Positions 10,945 through 24,200 of a stretch of 64,000 nt of DNA are shown here, one piece after another (the stretch's first letter is position 1; every line of letters begins with the position of its first letter). Below the pieces are notes generated by a model. The model saw nothing but the letters and a program-made list of their open reading frames with translations. It was not told where the DNA came from and searched no databases. Origin of the DNA: Phoronis australis (Eukaryota; Animalia; Phoronida). A program made the position numbers and the translations under genes. The stretch spans positions 1,648,567 to 1,712,566 of the forward strand of contig NMRA01000008.1 of the NCBI GenBank assembly GCA_002633005.1, written 5' to 3'.

Positions 10945-13900
10945 TCGTCGAGTTCACTTAATACCTCAGTCTATAGTTCGTCAACTTGTGACCATAGGCA
11001 TCATCTGAATAAAAAGGTAAACGAATTAGATACATCAGAAAGTTCAGAGTCTTCACGCTAGATGACAATATTAAAATGTTACCAACAAAAGGGAATACAT
11101 TGTAACAATATTAACCTACAAACAAGTAGTTGCGTTACTTTACAAGATTACAGGTAAGTGATGTTGCCTACATGAGGAATTTGGCAAAACCAGTCGGGAC
11201 TTGTTTTCATTAAAAATTGGCGGGAACGCCAACAAAACCATTGCTATCCTCGTAAGAATATCACTGAGGGGTAAGAACGACATAAGTTTCAATACCGATG
11301 CCTGTTAGAGAGATTCGAAACTTTTGACTGACTCGGAAAATAAGACACTCCGCTGAATTCGTTTTCTCGACCGCCAGATGGTGCGCTTACTGGTTTAAAC
11401 ATGGAGAAGTCTCTTCCTGGTTTAACAGACGAGCTGGGGCCTACGTGAAAGTGATGTGTTGAGTACATTAACGGAGATGTTAATTATGCAACTAGAAAAC
11501 AGTGAATTAATGAATTATGCGGTACATATAAATCTATGCAATTTACAACAAGTAAATGACTGACAGTACGTGTACGGAAGTGGTAACGTAATATATATAT
11601 ATCACATACGTGTAAGAATTTTGCTTGAAGGGCACAATCAAACGGACATAGTTACTTGCCTTTTGAATATTGTATTAAGGAGGCACAATCGTTTTTTACG
11701 AATGAAAGTGCATTTCGGGGATTATTTAGGGGGTAATTTGGAGGTTATTTTTGGCTATGATCCACTTCTTAAAGTTGTCAGCTTTGACAAAACAAAATTT
11801 TACAAAACAACAAAATCTGTAGTGTTTTGTGACTTTATTATAAGCAGCCTATTCCTAACAAGGGCTGGCTAAGTTAATTGAAATCGAAGCGGCGACCCCA
11901 TCTGTTGCCTCATTGCTGGGCACCGCGAAAATGGCCGACGGATAATATGTAGCGCTGAGCAAAGCCGGCGTGCAAATTCCAATCTCCTTAGTGTGAGATG
12001 AAAAGGCGAAGAGCCTATGTACATTGGAGGAGTTAGCCCTGAAGATTAAGCGTACAAAATCGAGCGCTGTGCTGCCGTGTGAGATGAGTTGAACATTTCC
12101 ACTAAGAAATGCCGAGCTTTGGTAAACAACCCGGTGGGTTTGTAGTCCTCTACCGTCTTCCAGAAAGAGTTTGACATTCATGCTTACTCTTGGTAGATAT
12201 AATGTTTCCAGTCTTAACTGATTTAAATTCCTCGCTAAATCTCAAAATTTTCTAACGATCTCGGCCAGTCGGAGGCAAACAAAACTTACCTTCGTGAATG
12301 GCCAAATCAGCTTTCGAAAGGATCTGTAGAGCCAAGAAACTCGCGATAACACAAGAACGCACGAGACTTCACCGTACATTGGAAGCAAAACATATAATTA
12401 CACTAAATTTTACTCTCGATTTTTTGCGTCTGCGTAACGCTACCCCGATAACCTGATAATTAAAACTGCTATCCCATTTTTGCGAGGGACCGTTACCGTT
12501 AGCTGGATGCGATAATAAAAAATAATAAAAAAGCAAACTAAAAACACATTCACCAATGAGAATCGAAGCATTTTTGATGAAAAAGCTCCGAACAACTATT
12601 CATGTGTTTGAGATAAATTCGTGTAAACTTGTTTAATTTTATGTATTTTATTCATACTTCTTTCCCGCTGAGTTCAAGCAAAACAGATAAATAAATTTAA
12701 AATAGAATCAAAGAATTAAATTGCACTCACACCGGTGAGAATCATTCAATATTGTTTGACAAAAGCCTGCCATCTTGATCACTCTGTCTCGCGTGTCGGC
12801 CATAACGTCACAACGGCGTACTGTTCAGGCTCGGTATGTACTCTTAAAATTGACCGTAAATCCTCGGAAGATGGCAAAATACGATTGTTTTGAACTGGAA
12901 CAGTAAATAACGAAATGGGTCCATCCGGGCTCCTCTCTCCCAAATTTCACTTCTATATGCAGTTCGTTATGACACCAACTTCAACTTAGCTTAGAGATGC
13001 TATTAAAACCGTGAATATTTAAATTTGTAACTAGCGCCACCTTGTGACTTCCTGGAGAACTGTGTTTATAATCAGGATAAGAAACAATTCGCAAATAAAT
13101 TGCGGTTTTAAAGAAAACACCACAACTGATACACTGAAAAACGCTATTTGATAGTGAAAGGAGCAAATGATAAAAACAATGCCTTGTTTCATTAGGGTAG
13201 CAATGACATATTACTCATTTACATAAAAATTGTCCCGCACAACGAGACTTTCGCGAGATTGTAATGGTATCTGTTTCTCGGATGGTTTCTGGCACACAGG
13301 AAAACAGCGGGGTTGTTTGTAAACTAGCATTTCATTTCCATATTCACAATTTAATTAGACACACATCTTCAATCTCTTATAAGTTTTAACTTAACTGTAT
13401 GATGACGAGCAGGATAAGTCGGTTAGATTTCATGCGAAAACCCATACGCCTTGTTCAAATCAAAACGAAGCAAAACAAAATAATGAATAGCGTCTCTCCG
13501 AGATAAATCATTCTTAGGTCTTGGCAATATGAACGACTGATAAGAAGTCTAGAGAATGCAAAGAATAAGGACTGCGTTTTCAGTTTAATTTCTTGTGCGA
13601 TTGACGAGGTCGAGCAAGTTTACGCGAAACGTCACCATGTATTTCAAACGAAGCATGTGATCTCACTAGGTTTCACTTGCGCTGTCTTGCATATCGGAAC
13701 GGGCATAGGATTAGACATTGGTGAATTTCCAAAAGGACATAAGTAGTGAGTGAACCAGCAAATATGCTAGAACACTTGTAAAAGCATTGCATTGGCTGGC
13801 TATTGGTAAAATCTGTTGCTGTCACGGGCTTAATGAGTATGAGAATTCTTCGGTGTTTGTCGTGATAAGTATTCTTTAAGTGTGACAATTTTGTGCTGTA

Positions 13901-14547
13901 ACAAAAAAGGTAAATGATAGAAATTCTGGATTCGGTCAACGAAATACTTTGTTTAGCTCACTCTTTACTATGTTTTCATCATTTCAGAACACAAAATGAG
14001 TTTTTCCGATCGAAAGTTACTGCTAAAATATGAACATTTTGTCTATTACTGCATTGTATGTATTTGTATTTGCTATTATCAAACTTTTAAGTTTATTGAA
14101 AGTGACGTCGTAATTTTGATTTAATTTATAATAATAGATAATTGACGGAACTCGCAAAGGCGTTCTTTGAGCCTGACTGGGAAAAATGCCATCTTGACGT
14201 CAACATTTCGCTCTCATAAAAACGTAGCTTTGCGCTGGCAACAAAGTGCCCACGACCGTCTTCACTAAGACTGGATTTACAACCTTTGATAAATGGGACC
14301 CAGAGGTTCACAGACGGTTTGTTCTGGTGTTGGTGCACTCTGCATAATTTGCATAAGCCTGTTGCTCTATTAGGATATGTTAAGTCGATAATCTGAAACA
14401 TCTGTCGTAATACGTAAGTGTATTTTGACCACTAGATGTTTGGATTAAAAACTAAAATCGATTTCAACGTGGCGGCGTACTGTGGCACCTGGACATGTAG
14501 CAAGCATCCTGCTCTGTTTTACATGTATACGTATGTACTTCTGAAGA

Positions 14548-15165
14548 ATGGAGAAAGTTGCGGTGTTAACTATTTCGTTTCTATTGTCGACGGCAGTTGA
14601 TGGATTCATGTTTGATTTGCCTGATAAGCAAGTTCAATGTTTTCACGAAAACTTTACCGAGATTGATACGTTTCACTTCAAATTCAAAGTATTACGGGGT
14701 GGAAATCGAGATGCGGACGTGAACATCACAAGCCCCAATGGAAAGTTGATTTTCAACAGAATTCGAGCAGTAGCTGGAGAGTTAACATTCGAGTCATCAG
14801 AGGGAGATTACAAGGTGTGCTTTAGTAATCATTTCTCAGAATACTCACACAAACTTGTATTTTTCACATTGACGCCAGCACATTTGAAAACGCTACAAGT
14901 TGCGCACGGAAACTATAACCCTACGGTGTCAACCTACCTGGAACATTTGCTGGATTCTATGAACCGGAAGTTGGCGGTGATTGTGGAGGAGCAGGAGAAT
15001 TATCGTCTGCGCGAAATGGTTGGTCGTCTGGCAGCAGAAGACCTCGGAAGCAGTGTTCAGATGGCATCCGTCATATTCACCTCATTAATAGTCATTACTT
15101 TAATGGGACAGATAGTCATACTGAAGCGAAATGTGTTATATTCAAGTACAGCACTGAGCATTTAG
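14548..15165 (+). CDS. p24/emp24 (TMED) family GOLD-domain cargo receptor, gamma-type (TMED3/7-like); 205 aa, intronless
   Basis: Signal peptide MEKVAVLTISFLLSTAVDG. GOLD motifs FDLPD..QCF, FKVLRGG..D, SPNG and GDYKVCFSNHFS.YSHKLVFF. Coiled coil QENYRLRE...R..AEDL, then a C-terminal TM and short tail. Confidence 0.92.
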   Translation: MEKVAVLTISFLLSTAVDGFMFDLPDKQVQCFHENFTEIDTFHFKFKVLRGGNRDADVNITSPNGKLIFNRIRAVAGELTFESSEGDYKVCFSNHFSEYSHKLVFFTLTPAHLKTLQVAHGNYNPTVSTYLEHLLDSMNRKLAVIVEEQENYRLREMVGRLAAEDLGSSVQMASVIFTSLIVITLMGQIVILKRNVLYSSTALSI

Positions 15166-17269
15166 ATGAAAGAACGGAAGAATGATTCAACGTACCGAAA
15201 TTTGCTCCCCGTCAACGATTAAGTGAAATGTTACATGATTGCTTTACTCAGCGTTTTTTACCTGGGTGATAGACTTACTCAAAGCAACGGATTTATCACT
15301 GGCGTGGTACTAATGACACGTGTTACTTCGGGTTTCGGAAACAAGCCTAATATTCTGCAAGACAAAATCATGCAAGATCAAGCAAGTCAAACACAAGAAA
15401 AAATGAACCCCACTTGCTGCTACTTTTGAGCGTTAGATAAAGGCCTTGTCACCCCCGATCTCAGGTGGTCCGAGACGGTCTCACAGTTATGAATCACTAT
15501 GAGAACGGGCAGAACGTCCAGAAATTATCAAGTTTGGCCAAAACTACGTCTCGAATGTGACACCATGCAAGGGCCGTTTGGCTCAGAGTGTGCAATGCGC
15601 TGTCGCTTTTTTTTTCTAAATCTTTCTGAGAATAACTCTTGCTGTGACAGGGTACTGGGGTAGTGTCAGTGCGCGCTGAAAAACAAACCACGCTCATTAT
15701 CTGGTGCACGAACCAAGATATCTTGCCGTAATCTCGCGAGAGTTTAAAGGTTATGCAACACGTTTCTCGATGCAACTTTTCTTCACGGTGGGTGAATCGA
15801 GGACACACTTCAGGTGTACTATACTAGAGGGCAAAAAATATTGATCTCATCATGGTCGACCATCTGGGCTTTGTGAAAGTTTCAAATCTCCATACAAAAA
15901 GAACACATGGTTGTGAACAGAATTCTACTACAAGCGTAATCTGCATACCGTGCCATCTGTCATAAGTTATGACGCAGCTGGCTCCAGCTGCGCACGTAAA
16001 CGACCTTCTCGTCCTAGTCATGTGATCCAGAGCGTTGACATGTTTCATACATTTAATTGTTTCTTTCCTAGCTATCGTCTCGTTCACTCTTTTTAGTTGA
16101 GGACAGCAATGGTAATAAGTTTTAATTTGTTGTCGTCTCCCATTTCTGTCACTAAATTGTTATTATTTCTTATACGTAGGTCTAATAAATTTGTTTCTCT
16201 TTATGTACCTTATAAACCTTTTCGCAATGCGCTTTAAATAACTAAAAAAAACGACGAACTTGGTCAGCATTCAGCATTTACCCGACTGCTCCTATTGCAA
16301 GATGCATCTATTTCCGTACTCTGCTATCGCAATAAGTCTATGTCAGCGAGTGTTCCTTGAGTCGTAAATTTTTGACTTGCCAAATCGAGTTTTTTGTGAA
16401 GCTCAATTGTTAATTGGACCAACTAAATGATTAAAGACATCGTGAACTGAATTGAATTTTTGTGGCCATAATTAATGCTGAAGATTATCCTTTTTAAGTG
16501 GCTAAAATCGAAAATCGAATTACGCATTTTCCTCTCATAAATTCGCGATAGAATTATATTTCCGTTACTAATAAGAACATCGAAACCATCAGTGGGTTCA
16601 GAGTTAATTGGGATTGGCAAACCATAAAATTGCGAACTCAAAAATGGCGCGTGTAGCTCTGCGCATTACATGTGGCGTGCTCATTCCGTTCTTTAAAACG
16701 GTTAAATATTCAACAATGACAGCTAAACGACGTTGAAATGCTCCTTTGAAGATGTCTTTGCATGCTTCTAATTTATGCTCATTTGTAGCAGGAAATAAAT
16801 GACAATGCTATTTGAACTTCGTTTACGCTAAACAAAGTGCAGTTGTATTCATCGACAACTTGTAGATGTTAAAACAAAAAATTCTGCAAATAGGTGACCT
16901 TTGCACTAATGACGTACCTTGAGGGCTCACGTAGTTCGCACCATGCAGTGTTATTTCCCAACACCACGTCACAGTACCAACTGTACTTAGTTCAGTGATT
17001 TACGGCGGGTCATTTTCGACACAAATCTCGTTCTAAAAACATTTCGCAATTTTCAACGTGCGCATCGTCCCAAAATCTTGTGTTTCTAACTAATCTGACC
17101 AAGCAATCACTGAGATAAGGAATTAGTGTGCAAGTTCCATTCATGCAGATTTCGACAGAGTAGAAAATGTTTGGGTATTGATGACGTGTGTATATTCACA
17201 GTCAAAATTCAGCCAGAACAGCACACTACGACACGGACAGCGTAATGCTGTTGCACTTCTAATCATTAG

Positions 17270-17429
17270 CAGTGGCGGATTTAGAGGGGGGGGGCAAATG
17301 GGTCCATGCCTCCCTAAAATTCTCCCAGATTACATTTGGCAGCTCGGGGGTGCGAATGTCTGATGGGCAAAATCCTGGCTAATACTCTGCTGCCCTGCCC
17401 CCCAATTAAAAAAACTGGATCCGCCCTTG
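17270..17429 (-). mobile_element. hAT-like MITE, family A copy 3 (inverted), ~240 bp upstream of the M4 protease start
   Basis: CAGTGGCGGATTTAGAGG...GGATCCGCCCTTG is the reverse complement of the 4380 element. Flanks are ATTAG/ATTAA. Confidence 0.8.
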
Positions 17430-17670
17430 ATTAAAGTTCATCTAACTGTTAGTTCAGTGAACTCTATGGAACACTGAAAAACTTTTTGTGAAATGGTTCA
17501 AATTTATATTTAATTTAGATTGTCAGGTAGCCGTGGCAAGCAGATGTCAAGTAGAACATCAAAGGAACAGGTTATTACTTGATAACGATGCATGTTTTAA
17601 TGATTAAGAAGATTGTACGAGTGTTAGTTGTCTAGGAAGCATGTACTAATCACATTTGAGGGTACGTAAA

Positions 17671-17707
17671 ATGTTCACTGAGGAGAAACTACGCCAAATT
17701 TGTTTCG
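17671..17707 (+). CDS. M4 protease exon 1 (N-half of signal peptide)
   Basis: AAAATG TTC ACT GAG GAG AAA CTA CGC CAA ATT TGT TTC G|GTAAGT. The phase-1 join to 19822 yields the continuous signal peptide ...ICFVLVFAATVDA. Confidence 0.7.
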
Positions 17708-20700
17708 GTAAGTTAAATGCTGTTGCCCGTAGTTTTTATCTCATGTAAGCATAGTTACGCGTAACCAGTTTTAACAAAAATTGTTTCGACAGATCCAGGG
17801 TCTGTCTCGATACATCACATTATTGAGGGAATTGCGCCGTATGATTTCAGCCTGAGTTACGTTTTTCCCAGGGATAATTTTGTCACAGTTCAGTAAACTA
17901 TAATACTCCAGGAAGGGGGGTTATTGGGGCCCTGAGCACGGCGTTTGGTTCTCACGGGAAAGCTCATAAATAAAACATATAACATGACACGAAAATGCAG
18001 GCGCGTCAGTATATTTTGTCACCCATGGTATCTATATTATGCTGCAGCGCGGCCCTCTGAAGTTTGACGACATTTACACGTATGAAAGCGTCTTCGACCC
18101 AGCTTGTCATAGATGGTGTTGGTTTTTGAAAAGCCAACAATTACAAACTGTTTTGCAATTAAAGGTAAAATAAGTTGAAAAACGCGTAATTTGACTGCGG
18201 TGGGACCAGAATCCATTCAGGGCTCAGGGTAACAGAAAAAAACCGTAAGCGGCGTGAGGCAGATTCAGGATGGAACATATCTCCTATCATTTTAGACCTA
18301 ATGTTCTAGCGCTTAAAATCTAGCAGTCTCCTTAAATTCGGCACTTTTCCGTAGGAAACAGTCGTGTATTTACAAGTACTTGCATAGGTGTGAGAAAGCA
18401 GACATGATAAAAAGTAAGTTTTACAAAATCAGCGTGGCGGGACACACGTCACTTCGCCTATGCAGTCTACAGATTGGCGAAATGCAGTAAATGCGTTTAG
18501 AAACAGACACAGTCGAGACAGACAATCTTCCCCCTTCACGCACCTCACGAGCATTCTCATCAATAGTGTACTTTTCTCACGAACGCATTTGTGTCATACA
18601 AACTGTAATTCTTTTCCTGCGAACCACATTCAATTCTTACGAAGTCGTTATTTCTCATTAACTGCATTTGGTTTCACAACAAGCAAGATGCATGCGATGT
18701 CCGGAATTAACACCTTTTAGAAGCTCCGTACTGTGCAATGCACGAGCTCGGTACGTTGTATCGAATCTGCCTGTACCCCGAACTGCCATGGCTCCCTTGG
18801 CCCCCCTCTAAATCCGCCAGTGCACATGACCTATTTGTGAGAAAAGAAAGTTGTAGATGAGAACACCCGTGCAGTCCGTGGGAGAGGAAAATTGTCTACG
18901 CTTCATTTTTAAAAATACGTTTAGTGGAACCAAAAACTTACAGATAAGATCATTCAAATACCCAACATATTTTGCAGACATATATCGGATTGACTCTTCA
19001 CGAAAAGGGGTTTAAAACGTTGTTATCTCTCGGTTGAAGAAACTCATTTTGTTTCACTTGAACTCATCCTCTTTCGTTCTTTGAATATATTTGATGTGCA
19101 TGCAAGTCTCCAGAGGGCGTCATGAAAGTATCTTAAGGCTTAAAACTAGATTTTTTTGTTTTGTAAAGTTCTCTAGATTTTCAATCAAACAGAGTTTCAT
19201 AAAGTCTATAATCAATTTAGGTGTTTTGAGCGATAATCAAAATTTCACAACATTTGGAGCATCAGCAATGATTTTTGTAATTTTTTCGCAAAAATGCTCT
19301 AAAACACAACTTTTTAATTTTTTGCGGGTATATCTTGTCACGATATATTCGAAACAGTTGTATTTATTCAAGCTTAAAAATGTCTTAAATAATGTTAGGC
19401 TACGTTTTCGTTTTTAGCAACTTTACTCCACGGCAAATCACTCAATGAAATGACCACGTGTGGTATTAGAATCAGGCGAGTGTACTCATGTTTGCCACAA
19501 TGGAAGTCGTAGTTAAAACGGATATTACTGAGAAGTTGGGACATTCAAAGGCTTTAAACGTGTTTGGACAACTGAATTAAGGGGGGGGAATCACTGGGTT
19601 AGCTGTCAGTATTCAAAATCTTGGAGAATCAAAAAGTTGCACGAGCTCACGCCCACTTAAGGAAAGCCATATTTTTGCAAAGAACAGGGGGCGGTATGAA
19701 CGGGGAGGGGAGGCATGAGTCCTTTACAGCCACACCATCTGTGCTCCACCGTCGAACTTTGACAGATCTGTTCATTATTTTAAAAATTTGTTTTGATAGA
19801 AATAACGTTTTTATTCAACAGTCCTTGTGTTTGCTGCTACAGTTGACGCTGGCAACATTCGCAACGCGTCTGACATTGTCAAGAAGGACGTCGTATCGAG
19901 GGACCCTAATGCCTACTTTGACAGCTTTGGTACAAACGTTAGCCTGGAGCACGGGCTGGTCATTACGGCGGGAAGCCAGAAATTTCTCACATCTTGTCAG
20001 TTTTTTCACAACGTGAAAATCGGCGACGCGTGCATAACAGCGGAACTTACTAAAGGTGATTGACGGTGGATAATTCATTATTTTTTACCTTAATCTTTCA
20101 ATAGAATTACGTGAAGATATCTCTGGTGGACATTTTGTACGTTGGTATTTTCTCTCTCGAGAGAGCATTTTGGCAATAATGTGGCCAGTTTTGGTTAAGT
20201 AAACGAAAGAAGATACGACCTGTGGGGGTCGAGTTGGCTTTCTGTGCCTGATAGTAATGTTTGCAATTTGGAATTATTTCGGTTACTTACTTCCTCAGTT
20301 ACCCAAGTAGAATTATTACGTTGTTCTGCAATGTAGAGCGGCACCCGCAGACGTAAAAGAAAATTTCCTTACCTTTCTACTTCAAATTGAAGTCAAAATT
20401 ATTTTTGGCATTTTTGCACTGATTTTGAGCGAACTTGAGGTAAGTTTTCATTATTCTGTGCCCTAGTGCATTATGGCTTACGTGGATAATTGCCTAGACC
20501 TAGTTTGCACTTGATGACCTCAGCAATAAGATTAAAAGCTCTAATATGAACTCAAGTTTTATTAGAAATCTCGTGTTTTACTCGAGTTTGTAGCTCGCAG
20601 AAACTCGTATGCACAAACTGCAATGTACTCGAGCACAGACTAATTACCACTTATCTCGACTTTGCACTAAAAGTAGAACAGAAAATGACAAAATTATTTA

Positions 20701-21210
20701 GAATTCAAATACTAGACCACGGACCCAGGAGTAACGGCTGCAAAGGCACCCTCATCAAAGATTGTCCCATTTGCTTTGCCTTAACAATGCAAATCTTAAC
20801 TTTAATAAAGTGGCCTTTAACATTGTTCAGAAGTTGAATGACCTCTTCCAGAATATTGGACCGATTTTATAAGCGTGGATAGACCAACGGCTACTAACGC
20901 AGGCGACAACGAGACTATTGCAAATATACTGGTATGTAAAATAGTGCACGTCACGTACTGACATTGAGGTGAAGAAAGCGATAAGCACATTATAATCAAC
21001 TTTATTCCTCTTCAACTTTTTCACTTTTAAAATTTCCACGTGTTGAAAAGCCATCTGAATCGTCTACAGTCACATAAAGCTTCTAACGCCGATCCTATGA
21101 GTTTGTGGCTGAAAATGGCCATATGGGTCGGCAGTCGGGCGGTCACCATCATCAAAACCATCACCATAACCATAGTCATCGTCAATATCACCGTCATCGC
21201 CATGGCTACT

Positions 21211-21294
<84 letters not shown>

Positions 21295-24200
21295 GTCATC
21301 ATCATCGTCATCATCATCATCATCATCATATCGATGTCAAAACCAACATTGTCATTGTCATTATCATTGTCATAACCATCGTCAACGTCATCATTTCCAT
21401 CACGGGCATCTCAATTGCCGTCATCTTCATCATCATCGTCGTCGTCACCATAATTAACCACCATGTTCGCTTCAAGTCCGTTTTAAGATATAACGTTTAC
21501 CTTCTAGAGTCATGGAGTAGATATTTGTGGCGGAGCTCAACCTCTCAAGGCCGTGTGCAAAGTAAAAGGCGTCGAATTCAGCAGATTTGGCCAAGACTGT
21601 AACACACCACCAGACATTCTTAGCGTCCTCTGCAGTCCAAATTACGGCCTTGTGTGCTTGAACGCTGAACAGACATCAGGACTCTGTCATGACTATGAGA
21701 TCCAGTTCTTATGTCCCAGTGAGTGACGTTTCTCCAGATATCTTTCTGTTGATAGATTTGTAAACTGACACGGAACCAACGCTATAGTCTTCAGGGGGGT
21801 GTATATAATGAATTTTGATAGTTTTTGAATTGCATTGATTATTCATTAACATGTTCATGACAGAATGAAATTGATTTGAAAAGTGCACAGCTGTCATTTC
21901 AACACACATCTCTGGAAGTTCCAGTAGCTCACCCTAAGAATCTGGGAGCTTAAACCACAAATTGGCCATTAACCACACCACCACACAAAGCCCCTTGTGT
22001 CAAAATGCACAACAGACCAAGCAGACTTACTTGATTTGGGTCTGAGAAGCAATCAAATTTTAAGAAGAAAAGCTCAAATGTTGCAAAATGCCAACTGAAA
22101 AGTTGGCTATTTTACGATAGAAAGTGCCCTCTGGTGTCTGTTTACCATGTTCAGTAAAAACTGGAGTATTATATGTATAGAATTTCAATGAAAGTAGACC
22201 AAATGCAAACTGTAAAACTTTAATCACGGTTATTTCAGTTCATTACTTCACAATAGTGGCAATACCTCAAGTTTATTTCTTGGCTATCTTTTGATCAATT
22301 TTTACGAAATGAAAAAGTTTGCAACCTAATACAAATGAGCTTCAAATACATGCTACGGATTTTTTGAATTGATTATAGTTAAGTTATTTTGGTATGAAGT
22401 TGAAATATCTTTTTGAATTTTTTTACTTTTAGTAAGTTTATTTGCATAAACTGAAATTAACAAACAAACACAAACACATTCACTCGCACAGTCACACTTC
22501 CAGCTCTGCTTGAATTTATACTGAATGTATAAAAGGGTTTCAAAAAATCCCAGCAAGTCAGGGGGTAATTCTCTAGATTTCATGGAATATTTTGACTGAA
22601 TGTTGTGCATTTGCCAAATCTCAAAAACAAACTTAAAAAAGCATTGTTATGATGGCTTTATGGTCATAATTGTGTATTTTTGACTTAAACAAGACTATTG
22701 GAAGATTTTGAAATCTATGACAGCATTTTTTTGGAGAAGCCATCGAGAAAAAATGAGCTTTTTTGAAAAACTAAATACGTTTATTAATGAAAAACTAGTC
22801 ACTCAAAAACAATGTTCTTTGCTTTTTCTCAAGTCGTGAGTCATATTTAAGACGATATATATTAAAGTTTACACATTTTTAAAGAGGAACATGGAGAAAC
22901 AAACAGTGTACCTACCTCCCTTAAACGTGTATGGGGATTAGAAACGAGATTTTTATCCCGCCCTGCCCGTTCTGCGCTGATGACATAAGAGCGCAGCCGT
23001 CAAATGAGTGTTTGTCAGGAGTCCAGTCAATACGAGTGCGCTGATAATTAAATTTACACTTTGTGTTTAGCGCGGTCAGTTTCATCTAATGATTCTTACG
23101 AATGCAAACTTGGAAAACTGAAATACATGAACTCTAAAATGGCGTGAATTAAATATTCTATGTTTGTATTTCAGGCACTATTATGCCGTCTACAGTCAAA
23201 GGGAATCTCATTACGGGAATAAATGGTTTAATCCCAATGTCACAGCTCTTCCCAATATGGATGGCCGTGAGGCGTGCAAAGTGGGAAACAAAGAGAGCAT
23301 TTGTACGGCAGAACAAAGGGAAATATTACAGATTTTGCTTCACCAAAGTATTAGTCAAATATTCCATCGACTGTGTGGAACCCGGCGAGCTTCGTCAATA
23401 TTACGAAATTCGCTTGATTACTCTCGCAATGAGAGGAAAGGAAACCCAGTTTTTCATATCCGCGATCTGGATCGAAGGTACAACACTCAAAGTTCTGAGG
23501 AATTGGTTCGAGGCCGGCCACGCCATCGAAACAAAGAAACAAATAGGCGGCAATGAGAAAACAGGCAAATATTACTTCGGCTCATCTCCTGGTAGGCCAC
23601 CACTCTGCGTAACAGCAGTACCAGGTACATTGGATTGTTTACTCATGAACGTCGACATGAAGACAATAAACAATGGCGGCTCCTCGTCAACCACCAAAAA
23701 TGATCCTCATAAGTTCAACTGTGCCCAGGAAAATGCAGTCGAAGTGAACGGGGCATTTTCACCTTTGAACGACGCGCATGGTCATGCAACGACAGCTATT
23801 AAGAAGCTCAAGGCTGAATTCGGAGAAGAATTGTTCAAGGACTGTTTACCCATGTCTTTGCTTGTTCATTACCAGGGGAACTGCGATGGCGCGTGGTGGA
23901 ATCATGCCGAGAGACGAGCCATGTTTTGCGACGGTAACTTTTTATATCCTCTGGCCTCTGATTTTAATGTGGTAACTCATGAGATATTCCACTGCGTGGT
24001 AATTGAAAGATCAAGCCTGAGCTATGTGGGTGAGCCCGGGTGCATACACGAAGCGATGACTGACATTACTGCTGAGTGGGTGGAATTCGCTACTTTCGGA
24101 CAAGTTGACTGGGTGGTAGCTGGATCCGTAACCAAGGCTCCAATCAACGGTATTCGGAATTTCAAAACGCCATCTGTTGACGGCCGGTCTATTGATAACT

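Noticed and set aside
21027-21602. Poly-His (metal-binding-like), poly-Met and poly-Ile ORFs
   Set aside because: They are translations of an intronic (CAT)n microsatellite. The real coding exon at 21508 is in a different frame from the His-rich ORF.
19577-22924. TTAAGGGGGGG…CACTG and CAGTG…CCTCCCTTAA as paired Kolobok-like TIRs that carried in the CysD module
   Set aside because: The match is poor and the span would also enclose protease exon 2. They are more likely ends of two separate elements.
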